Shown here: one piece after another, positions 8,270 through 16,570 of the stretch
Numbering within the stretch: the stretch's first letter is position 1
How the letters are laid out: each line of letters begins with the position of its first letter
NCBI GenBank assembly: GCA_963745605.1
Contig: CAVUYC010000030.1
Location: forward strand, 22,661 to 86,660
Reading direction: 5' to 3'
Length of the DNA stretch: 64,000 bases
Source of the DNA: an uncultured Chloroflexia bacterium
Lineage (GTDB): Bacteria; Chloroflexota; Dehalococcoidia; Dehalococcoidales; UBA2162
Program-made: the position numbers and the translations under genes
Notes under the pieces: model-generated
Databases searched by the model: none
What the model was told of the DNA's origin: nothing
The model's input: the letters and a program-made list of their open reading frames with translations, nothing else

Positions 8270-10410
8270 ATGCTTTTCAACCGCAGACTGATCATCCTGG
8301 GCTCGTTGGTTTTGCTGGGCGGCATTGGACTGGTGCTCGGCTCATGCAGCAAGGGGACCCAGGAAACCTCAACGACACAAACCCCTTCCAAAACGCAGGA
8401 CATTTCACAGTCCAAGCTCAATGCAACGATTACCAAGGTTGATATTGGCGCCGACGGGAAGGTAACGGTCTCCTACAAATTGACCGATGCTAAAGGCGCT
8501 TCGATCAGCCGGAGTTCGCTCGATGCCAACAGGGAGCGCTTCTCCATCGCAAGAATAGCCACGGCCCCTGACACGCAATATACGAGCTGGCTTAGTTACG
8601 TTCTTTCCGACGTCAAGGGTGCTTCTTATAAAGCGGACGGTAAGGATGTGGCGCCCGCCCTGGCCCAGGTAACCGGAGTCCCAGTCAGCGCGGGGACAGC
8701 GGAGGGGAATTCAAGGAAGTGCGCCCGGGCGAGTATACCTATACTTTCAAAACCGTGTTGCCCTCTGGCTTTGAAAAGAACGCTACACACAGGGTGATGT
8801 ACCAGGCCACCTCAGACAATCGAAGTAACTCAACTAATGCCGTTTTTGACTTCGTGCCCGCGGGAGGACCGGTGAAGGTCACCCGGGAAGTTGTGGCGCT
8901 TCAGAACTGCAACAAGTGCCACGACCCGCTGGTGGCTCATGGCTCGCGCAAGGACACGAAACTGTGCGTCGTGTGCCATACGGCTCAGAACGTCGAGCCT
9001 GCATCCGGGAATAACCTGGATTTCCAGGTAATGGTCCACAAAATACACAGCGGTGATAATTTGCCCAGCGTAATGGCTGGGAAACCATATTTCATAACAT
9101 CCCTCTCAAATGATTTCTCTGATGTCGCGTTTCCACAGGACACGCGAAATTGCACGACTTGCCACTCAAATGCGCCGAACGCAGACAATTGGAAGACCAA
9201 TCCCAGCCGCGCCGCATGCGGCAGCTGCCATGACGACATCGACTGGTCTACCGGGAAGTCTACAGTGAAAGGCAAGGTTGATCACGCCGGCGGGCCCCAG
9301 GCCAACGATACGGCCTGCAAGGCATGCCATGTTCCAGACAGCGGCAAGGAATTCGACGCTTCGATTGTCGGGGCACACGTGATCCCGGTGAATTCCAAAC
9401 AACTCAAGGGCATTGTTCTTAGCCTCAAGTCAGCAGTCTTCAAGGCGGGGCAGAAGCCGGCGGTTGATTTCAGCATCAAGGACGGCGCCGGGGCCTTACT
9501 GGACCCAAACACCGTTGATAGCGTGGCAATCACCTATGCGTATCCAACGACAGACTACTCCAATCGCGTGAGTGAAACGGTCAACACCATCGTGTCGGGC
9601 AACGCCACTCCCTTCAAGCGGCTCGGCACTCTTTCGGACCTGGGTGGGGGGATCTGGCGCTACACCTTTTCCGGCGCCATCGACTCCAGTTGGACCACGG
9701 GGAGCGCCGGCATTAGCCTGCAGGCCTACAAGAATACAGTGGTCAAGGGCGCAGGCAATTACGGGAAGGACGCTGCCGTCCGCGACTCAGCCATGAACCC
9801 TGTGCTCTACGTTTCGCTCGACGGTACCACTCCTGTTTCCAGGCGGACCGTGGTCGATCGCAACAAGTGCAACAGTTGCCATCTCGATCTGGGTGGCCCC
9901 GCCGGTCTGTCTGTCCATGGCGGTTCCCGGCGCAACCCGCAGTTCTGCGTCGAGTGCCACAATCCGACCTTGACCGATGAGGCCCGGCATCCCAAAGACC
10001 AGATGCCCCCCGAGAGCCTGCAGTACGACTATATGATCCACAGCGTCCACATGGGGTCGGACAGGGCAAAACAGACCAACTTCAACGGAGCAATCAACAC
10101 GGCGGATGTTTTATTCCCCGGCAACCCGGCGGACTGCCTCAAGTGCCATTTACCTGGCACGTATTCCCCCCCATTGCCGGCCGGATTGGTGCCCGCAACC
10201 ATTACGCAAAACGGCCAACCCGTTAACAATGGCGTTGTCGTCAATGGGAAAGCTCTGCCAACAACTCTGGCCTGCGCCGGGTGCCACGCAGGGCAAAAGG
10301 GTTTTGAAGCCCACGCGACTTCAATGACAGGCGCAGGTCAAAGTGAGACGTGCGCAACCTGCCATGGCGCTGGCAAAGATAAGGATGTGCTCAAGGTGCA
10401 CACTCCCTGA
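8270..10410 (+). pseudogene. Decaheme c-type cytochrome lipoprotein (MtrC/OmcA-like layout), frame broken once
   Basis: Signal peptide plus lipobox (LVLGSC) in ORF 8270..8797. ORF 8719..10410 has ten CxxCH motifs (CNKCH, CVVCH, CTTCH, CGSCH, CKACH, then a ~170-aa heme-free stretch, then CNSCH, CVECH, CLKCH, CAGCH, CATCH). The frames join if one base is added in the GGGG run at 8692..8695 (...PVSAGDSGGEFKEVRPGEYTYTF). Confidence 0.85.
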
Positions 10411-10434
10411 TTCGCGCCGGGGGTTTTCGGGACA

Positions 10435-10474
10435 CAAAGAGGGGGCAGGCTCAGTCCTGCCCCCTCTTTGTTTT
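10435..10474 (+). terminator. Intrinsic terminator after the cytochrome gene
   Basis: 15-bp stem CAAAGAGGGGGCAGG / CCTGCCCCCTCTTTG with a 6-nt loop, then TTTT. Confidence 0.75.
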
Positions 10475-10522
10475 ACCGTGCCAATGTCACACGATCGGCA
10501 CTAATTGAAAGCCGTCGGCGGC

Positions 10523-11077
10523 CTAGAAGTCTTTGGGTTTGGCCAGGATCTCTCTGACCTTGATATCAAAGATCTGGTTTGTGGAATTGGCGGCGATAAG
10601 AAGGCATGTGTCGGCGCCTTGACCGGTCCCTGCAACTGCGATCACGTCAGCAACCGGCAGTAGGTCGGCGTCCGAAGCCATGGCAACGATCTCCACGCAG
10701 ACTTTCGTTCCCTGGCCGAACATGCGTAATGCATCGGCTATCATCGCCTCGTCAGCGAATCGGTTCCTCTTTCTCATCGCGCCGGGGAACCCCGTCAGGA
10801 CGTCAGTCCCCCAATAGACGGTTGCACCCAGGCTTTCGATCTGCTTCCTCTTCTCCAGGTCGAAGAGTTGCTTTCCAGCATCCAGATGACCTGTGCTGTG
10901 CCCGACCACGACCAACTTGATGGCGCTGTTCTGCATCATTTGGGCAGCTTGCAGTCCCGTGTTTCCCCTCGTGGACGCCACTACCAGGTACTTTATTCCC
11001 CTCTTCAACGCTTCAGTCTTGGCGATCTGAAGAGTCTTTTCCGTGTTGTCCGGCCCCTTTGCGTCGAAATAGACCAT
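10523..11077 (-). CDS. Pyruvate kinase alpha/beta (C-terminal) domain-like protein
   Basis: 184 aa resembling stand-alone PK C-terminal-domain proteins (MVYFDAKGPDNTEKTL...YLVVASTRGNTG...IAVAGTGQGADT). GAGGAGGGG SD. Confidence 0.7.
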   Translation of the reverse strand: MVYFDAKGPDNTEKTLQIAKTEALKRGIKYLVVASTRGNTGLQAAQMMQNSAIKLVVVGHSTGHLDAGKQLFDLEKRKQIESLGATVYWGTDVLTGFPGAMRKRNRFADEAMIADALRMFGQGTKVCVEIVAMASDADLLPVADVIAVAGTGQGADTCLLIAANSTNQIFDIKVREILAKPKDF

Positions 11078-11095
11078 GTTCCCCTCCTCTCATTC

Positions 11096-11119
11096 AAAAA
11101 AAGGGATCGGAACGATCCC
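11096..11119 (-). promoter_or_regulatory. Terminator-shaped hairpin plus U-run inside the 5' leader of the 10523..11077 gene
   Basis: Minus strand reads GGGATCG-TTC-CGATCCC followed by TTTTTTT. It sits between a TATAAT promoter and the SD/ATG of the downstream gene. Confidence 0.4.
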
Positions 11120-11128
11120 GCCACGAAC

Positions 11129-11157
11129 ATTATAGTTGTTCACCTTTACAATCGTAA
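11129..11157 (-). promoter_or_regulatory. Candidate sigma70-type promoter (TTACGA-17 nt-TATAAT)
   Basis: Minus-strand -10 TATAAT at 11129..11134 and -35 TTACGA at 11152..11157, with a 17-nt spacer. Confidence 0.45.
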
Positions 11158-11242
11158 CGGCCCGAACGTTACCAAATCCCCATTTGCCGCCGCGCAGCGG
11201 TAACATACGATGATCTGAAGTCACTGGACCGGTGGGTGGATT

Positions 11243-12307
11243 GTGAATTCTAAGGCAAGCGGAAGCGGTGACGTTACCGAGCTGTGGGGCAAGAAGTTCA
11301 ACGTCGTCAAGAACGGATTGTCAGAGGCGCAGGTGGTGTCCTTTGTTAATGATCTGGCGAAACAACACGACATCCTCCTCAAACGCCAGGAGCACCTGGG
11401 AGCTCTGGAGAGATTGGCCGAAACGAGGGTGATAGAAGCCGACAAGCTCGTAGCGGAGATGAACGAGGAGGCAAAGTCGAGGTGTGAAAGTGCAGTCGCC
11501 GAGGCTCAGGTGATGTCGCAAAAGGTCGTGAAGGAACGGGAGGCCGAGGCTATCGCTGCCGCGAGGAAGAGAGCGGATGAAATAGCAGCCGAGGCAAAGA
11601 CCCTGGCCAACGAAGTGATCAACGACTCCGAAGCGAAAGCAAACAAGATCATCAGCGATGCCGCGGTTAAAGCGCGCGAGGTCATTGCCCAAAAAGAGGA
11701 TGAGGCCAGGAGGCTCGCCGACAAGAAGGCTGAGGAAATCCTGGCAAAGGCTCAGGCGGAGGCCGCCGCTCTTTTGGAGCGTGAGAAAGAGCGCATCTTC
11801 CCCGTGCTCACTGGTTTCGTTACGCTGTTTCGCGAGAAAGTCCTTTCTGGAATGAAAGCGACGACGTACCAGGGCGAGACCCTCGCGCCGGTATACGAGA
11901 AGAATGCAACCGGAGACGCTGGCCCTGAGGCCTCGAAGGCACAGGCCCGCAACGGAAAAGTGAGCGACACCAGCAAGCCTGCGGCAGTTTCGGCAAAAGA
12001 AGCGGGAGAACCCGACTGGGAGATAGACGTCGCTCCTCCCCTCGACATAGCGAAGATAATGAGCATATCGGGGCAACTTGACCGTCTCCCTGAAATAGCC
12101 ATCACTGATATCAGCCCGCGTGGCAACCATGCCTCTATAGGCGTTTACCTCAACCGCCCGTTGGGGCTCGTTCATGTCGTTGCCGGGCTGCCTGAAGTGG
12201 CATACGCTGAGGAGATGGGTGGGGTGGACGGGGAGGCTGGCAAGCCGCGCAAGATCAGCGTCGCGCTCTCAGGCAAGACGTCCGGCAAAGCCAAGTCGAT
12301 CGCCTGA
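11243..12307 (+). CDS. DivIVA-domain coiled-coil protein
   Basis: GTG start. N-terminal DivIVA-like motif (KKFNVVKNGLSEAQVVSFVNDL) followed by a long Ala/Glu/Lys-rich coiled coil. Confidence 0.8.
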   Translation: MNSKASGSGDVTELWGKKFNVVKNGLSEAQVVSFVNDLAKQHDILLKRQEHLGALERLAETRVIEADKLVAEMNEEAKSRCESAVAEAQVMSQKVVKEREAEAIAAARKRADEIAAEAKTLANEVINDSEAKANKIISDAAVKAREVIAQKEDEARRLADKKAEEILAKAQAEAAALLEREKERIFPVLTGFVTLFREKVLSGMKATTYQGETLAPVYEKNATGDAGPEASKAQARNGKVSDTSKPAAVSAKEAGEPDWEIDVAPPLDIAKIMSISGQLDRLPEIAITDISPRGNHASIGVYLNRPLGLVHVVAGLPEVAYAEEMGGVDGEAGKPRKISVALSGKTSGKAKSIA

Positions 12308-12419
12308 ACGACGCTCACACGAGAGCGGGGTTTCCCCCTGCTTGGGGTTAGTGCCGTACGACACCGCTATTGACCATTTCTTCGGTAAGATGATCCATCA
12401 CCGTCTGCCGCCGCATACA

Positions 12420-12428
12420 TGCTATAAT
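12420..12428 (+). promoter_or_regulatory. Candidate extended -10 (TGCTATAAT), near-leaderless for the ATG at 12438
   Basis: The TATAAT ends 9 nt before the ATG at 12438, with no SD between them. Confidence 0.45.
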
Positions 12429-12437
12429 CAGCCGTCT

Positions 12438-12848
12438 ATGAGTAGTCATCGATTTGTCGTGCTTCAAAGATTCGGAAAAATCGAAGAGGCCGGTGCGCTG
12501 AAAGCCAAGCTTGCCGCTCAGGGTATTCCCTCTATGGTGGTCAAAGAAGGCTCGGCGAAAGGCACCATGGGGCTTTATATGCCCGTCAGGATCATGGTCA
12601 GCGTCTCCGACAGAAAGAAGGCGTCGGAGATCGCACGAGCGCTGACCAAGGCGAGAGTTCGCAGCTCGTCACCACTTGTGCGTGCCGCCATCATCGGTGC
12701 AGGGCCCGTACTCACCGCCGCCGGGCTGTTCCTGCTGCTTTCCGGGACCAACCGGATTGGTGGCGTGGTCCTGATAGTCCTCGGCGTCATCGCACTGGCA
12801 TGGGTCGCATTCGCTTTCCTCATGGTACGGACGCGGGCGAGAATGTAG
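12438..12848 (+). CDS. Membrane-anchored protein with DUF2007-like N-terminal domain
   Basis: 136 aa from the internal ATG: MSSHRFVVLQRFGKIEEAGALKAKLAAQGIPSMVV, then two hydrophobic helices. The 224-aa track version overlaps the previous gene. Confidence 0.6.
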   Translation: MSSHRFVVLQRFGKIEEAGALKAKLAAQGIPSMVVKEGSAKGTMGLYMPVRIMVSVSDRKKASEIARALTKARVRSSSPLVRAAIIGAGPVLTAAGLFLLLSGTNRIGGVVLIVLGVIALAWVAFAFLMVRTRARM

Positions 12849-12955
12849 TCCGCCCGAACGCCGGCTCCGCAGTATTTCCTCGCGGTTCCCGGGCGATGCC
12901 TTAGAGATACCGCCTCGCTTGTTACCGGAAGCTCATCTAGGCTACGATAGAAGCG

Positions 12956-14140
12956 ATGAAATTCTGTGTCCTGATCATGGACGGCGCGGCCGGGCTTCCG
13001 CTGCCCGGACACGGCAAGACCAGCCTCGAATTGGCCCGTACACCATACCTCGACAAGATGGCGAAGTCCGGAGAGTTGGGAATGGCCCGCACCATACCAT
13101 CGGGGATGGAGCCGTCCAGCGCCTGCGCTTGCATGTCAGTCCTTGGCTACGATCCCAGGATCTATTACAAGGGCAGGGCCGGCATCGAAGCCATAAGCAT
13201 GGGGGTCCCGATCACCGACGGCGAAGTCGTATTTCGCTGCAACCTTGTCGCCATTGAAGATGGCAAGATGCTGGACTATAGTGCCGGGCACATTTCCAGC
13301 GAAGAGGCCGCGGAGCTTATCGACGCCCTGAACAGGAAACTCGGCAAGGACGGCGTCAGATTCTTTCCCGGGGTAAGCTACCGGCATATCTGCAGGATGA
13401 AGAACAGGGATAGCATTCTCGATTCGGTCTGCACTCCTCCTCACGACATTCCGGGCAAGCCGATTGCTGCATTCACGCCAAAGGGGCCAGGCAGCGCCAT
13501 CTTGCGCAATCTGATGAAGCAGTCCGAGGCTGTGCTGAAAGATCACCCTGTTAACCTGGCCAGGATCGCCAGGGGGGAGGCGCCTGCCACTACTATTTGG
13601 CTTTTCTGGGGGTCGGGCGCTGTGCCTGATGTTCCGGGCTTTCAGCTATCTTTCGGCCTGAGGGCGGCCATGACGTCGGGGGTTGATCTTCTGAAAGGGC
13701 TTGCCGCGATGCTCGGGATGACAACGTTAGATGTCCCTGGAGCTAATGATGGACTGGATAACAACTATGCCGGCCAGGCAGAAGAAGCGCTTGCTTCTCT
13801 AACGACCCACGATCTCGCCATCATACACGTGGAAGCTCCTGATGAGGCGGGACACGGCGGTTCAAGTGATGAAAAGGTCGAAGCGATTCACCGCATCGAC
13901 CGCGACATAGTCAAGAGGCTTCTGGCCTGGAAAGGGGGACCGTTGCGCATCCTCGTAATGCCGGACCACCCCACGCCGGTCCCTACTCGCACTCACAATG
14001 CAGACCCTGTGCCTTTTCTGATGTGGGGGCCGGGTTTTGCATCCAGCGGCGCGGCCCGTTTTTCTGAGGTTGAGGCGGGCAGGACAGGCTTGATTATCGA
14101 TCCCGCCTGTAATATCATGAGGCGGTTTACCGCAGTCTAG
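12956..14140 (+). CDS. apgM: Cofactor-independent phosphoglycerate mutase family protein (archaeal ApgM type)
   Basis: MKFCVLIMDGAAGLP...TPYLDKMA...GMEPSSACACMSVLGYDP...VEAPDEAGHGG...MPDHPTP, the metalloenzyme/phosphomutase pattern. Confidence 0.85.
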   Translation: MKFCVLIMDGAAGLPLPGHGKTSLELARTPYLDKMAKSGELGMARTIPSGMEPSSACACMSVLGYDPRIYYKGRAGIEAISMGVPITDGEVVFRCNLVAIEDGKMLDYSAGHISSEEAAELIDALNRKLGKDGVRFFPGVSYRHICRMKNRDSILDSVCTPPHDIPGKPIAAFTPKGPGSAILRNLMKQSEAVLKDHPVNLARIARGEAPATTIWLFWGSGAVPDVPGFQLSFGLRAAMTSGVDLLKGLAAMLGMTTLDVPGANDGLDNNYAGQAEEALASLTTHDLAIIHVEAPDEAGHGGSSDEKVEAIHRIDRDIVKRLLAWKGGPLRILVMPDHPTPVPTRTHNADPVPFLMWGPGFASSGAARFSEVEAGRTGLIIDPACNIMRRFTAV

Positions 14141-14236
14141 TTGATCCTGCAGAGTGAGCCTTCTTTATTGTCCGGTATCCATCGTAATTCTGTACGGGCG
14201 TATGGCTTATATGCCCGTACCAGTTAGAGGATAAAC

Positions 14237-15457
14237 GTGGCACTCGTTGTTCAGAAATACGGCGGCAGTTCGGTTGCCGATGCTGAAAAGATCAGGAGTG
14301 TGGCCCGGCGCATTGTCGCTCGTGCTGAAAAAGGAGACCGTGTGGCCGTGGTCGTTTCCGCCATGGGAGACACCACCGACGATCTTCTGAAATTGGCAAA
14401 ACAGGTATGCGACAACCCAAGCGAACGCGAGCTTGATGCTCTGGTGTGTACTGGAGAATTGGTTGCCAGCAGCCTCGTCGCAATGGCAATACGCGGTCTG
14501 GGATACGATGCCATAAGCCTGAGTGGGGCGCAGGCGGGGATCAAGACGGACGCCAATCACAGCCGTGCCAAGATCGTGGGAATGGAACCATCACGCGTGA
14601 TCCGCGAACTCGAACAGAACAAGATAGTGATCGTTGCGGGATTTCAGGGAATAACCAGCGAGATGGACGTGACCACCCTGGGCAGGGGGGGGTCTGACAC
14701 CACGCTGGTGGCGCTGGCGGCGAGCTTGAAAGCGAGCGTCTGCGAGCGCTTTACCGATGTTGAGGGAATCTATACCGCCGATCCTCGCATCGTCCCCGAA
14801 GCAAGGCCGTTGAAGGACATCTCCTACGAAGAGATGCTCGAGGTCGCCACCTACGGCAACAAGGTTATGCACCCACGCGCTATTGAGCTCGGGGCCGTAT
14901 ATGAAGTACCTATCCGGGTCTGCTCAAGCTTTGTTGACAGACCAGGCACCTTGATTCACGGAGAGGTTACAATGGAGCAGCGTAACAAGGTTAGAAGCGT
15001 CGCCCATGATCTGGATGTGGCCAAAGTGACAGTCGTCGGCATCCCCGACCGACCGGGCATAGCGGCGGCTCTTTTTGAGCCCCTGGCGAAAGCGAACGTC
15101 AGTGTCGACACGATAGTCCAGAACGCAAGCATTCACAATATTACCGATCTCACCTTCACCACCACCAGGAGCGATCTGGCAAGAGCGATCAAGGTGGCGG
15201 AGCCGATTGCCAGGACCCTTGGCGCCGCCAGCGTGGCAACCGATGCAAAGCTCGGCAAGATAAGCATTATCGGGACGGGTATGCAGAACACGCCTGGTTA
15301 CGCCGCCCGAATGTTCAAGGTACTCAGTGACGAGGGTATCAACATCCAGCTGATATCGACGTCCGAGATCAGGATTACGTGCATTATTGACGAATCGAGG
15401 GTGAAGGACGCGGCAAGGGCATTGCACAAAGCGTTCGAACTCGACGTCGACAAGTAG
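14237..15457 (+). CDS. lysC: Aspartate kinase
   Basis: GTG start. VVQKYGGSSV, VVVSAMGDTTDDL and two C-terminal ACT domains. Confidence 0.93.
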   Translation: MALVVQKYGGSSVADAEKIRSVARRIVARAEKGDRVAVVVSAMGDTTDDLLKLAKQVCDNPSERELDALVCTGELVASSLVAMAIRGLGYDAISLSGAQAGIKTDANHSRAKIVGMEPSRVIRELEQNKIVIVAGFQGITSEMDVTTLGRGGSDTTLVALAASLKASVCERFTDVEGIYTADPRIVPEARPLKDISYEEMLEVATYGNKVMHPRAIELGAVYEVPIRVCSSFVDRPGTLIHGEVTMEQRNKVRSVAHDLDVAKVTVVGIPDRPGIAAALFEPLAKANVSVDTIVQNASIHNITDLTFTTTRSDLARAIKVAEPIARTLGAASVATDAKLGKISIIGTGMQNTPGYAARMFKVLSDEGINIQLISTSEIRITCIIDESRVKDAARALHKAFELDVDK

Positions 15458-15605
15458 GCGCCATCTCTCACGGGCTCTCTACGGGCATGGAAACCTGATG
15501 CGCCCGACAAGCTCTCCTGAGAGTGTCCTCCAGGATATAAAATGACTATCCTTGTAGGCATAGTCTCTGTACCATTGGTGTTGTAGACTGCGGATCCCTT
15601 TTGAG

Positions 15606-15613
15606 TGTAGAAT
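15606..15613 (+). promoter_or_regulatory. Candidate extended -10 (TGTAGAAT)
   Basis: Upstream of GGAGG (15627..15631) and the GTG at 15644. Confidence 0.35.
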
Positions 15614-15643
15614 ACGGCGTGACAACGGAGGCAATCTCCCCTC

Positions 15644-16468
15644 GTGACATATAAAGAAGAAGAAAGACTTAGACTGAAGCGCCAGGGTAGCAAGCAGGCG
15701 ATAGCTCTGGCGATGCAGGGCCGCTGGGAAGAAGTCGTCGCTGCCAACAAGACCCTTTTGGAGAGCTTTCCTGACGATATCGACTCTTATAACCGGCTCG
15801 GCAGGGCTTACATGGAGCTGGGGGACTACGCCCTGGCCAAAGATTCCTACGAAAAGGCCATCAAGCTTGACCCTTACAACTCCATTGCCCAGAAGAACCT
15901 GAACCGGCTTTCGCTGCTCCGTGGCTCAGCAAAAGCAGGGGAAGTGAAACTGCAACGAGTCGATCCCCAGTCGTTCATCAAAGAGGTAGGCAAAGCCGGC
16001 ACGGTGAACCTGATCTCGCTGGCGAAGCCCGAAATATTGGCGAAATTGGTCACTGGAGAGGCACTCGATCTGAAAGTAAAAGGGGCGAATCTGGCCGCTA
16101 ACAACTCCTCTGGGGAATATGTTGGCCAGGTTGACCCTCGACACGGGCAGCGGCTAATCAAGTTCCTCAAGGGCGGCAACAAGTACAGCGCGGCAGTTGT
16201 GAGCGCTGCAGCCGAAGGGAACGTCATAGTGATCATCCGGGAGACCTATCAAGATCCCTCGCAGGTCGGTAAGTTGTCCTTCCCGCAGAAAGAGGGCGAG
16301 CAGACTCATTGGACGCCTGTGGGCGACCGTATGATCCGCCGTGAACTTGAATTCGAGGAGAACCTCCCGGGCGAGGCCTCATACACGATCGTCGGTGGGG
16401 AGGAGGGCGAGGAGCCTGAAGTCTTCGTTGAAGAATCCAATGATTCTGACGAGGAGAACGAAGAGTAG
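15644..16468 (+). CDS. TPR-repeat protein with C-terminal beta-rich module and polyacidic tail
   Basis: TPR-like helices (YNRLGRAYMELGDYALAKDSYEKAIKLDPYNSIAQKNL). Tail is GGEEGEEPEVFVEESNDSDEENEE. Confidence 0.75.
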   Translation: MTYKEEERLRLKRQGSKQAIALAMQGRWEEVVAANKTLLESFPDDIDSYNRLGRAYMELGDYALAKDSYEKAIKLDPYNSIAQKNLNRLSLLRGSAKAGEVKLQRVDPQSFIKEVGKAGTVNLISLAKPEILAKLVTGEALDLKVKGANLAANNSSGEYVGQVDPRHGQRLIKFLKGGNKYSAAVVSAAAEGNVIVIIRETYQDPSQVGKLSFPQKEGEQTHWTPVGDRMIRRELEFEENLPGEASYTIVGGEEGEEPEVFVEESNDSDEENEE

Positions 16469-16552
16469 TAGACGCGACTCGATCTCATCCAGGGGAACGG
16501 ATATCTTTCAAGATCGATCCTTCGTTTCTTTCATTTGTACGGCACATAGAGT

Positions 16553-16560
16553 TGTAGGAT
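16553..16560 (+). promoter_or_regulatory. Candidate extended -10 (TGTAGGAT) 10 nt upstream of the gyrA ATG
   Basis: No SD between this element and the ATG at 16571, so a leaderless or very short leader is possible. Confidence 0.35.
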
Positions 16561-16570
16561 TTCCGCGCTT

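Noticed and set aside
11321-12175. 284-aa minus-strand ORF
   Set aside because: It is antisense to the DivIVA-domain gene. The repetitive GAR/GCN codons of the coiled coil keep the opposite frame open.
14141-14236. Lysine riboswitch upstream of lysC
   Set aside because: The intergenic region is only 96 nt and contains a single 8-bp hairpin. That is too short, and it lacks the conserved L-box core.
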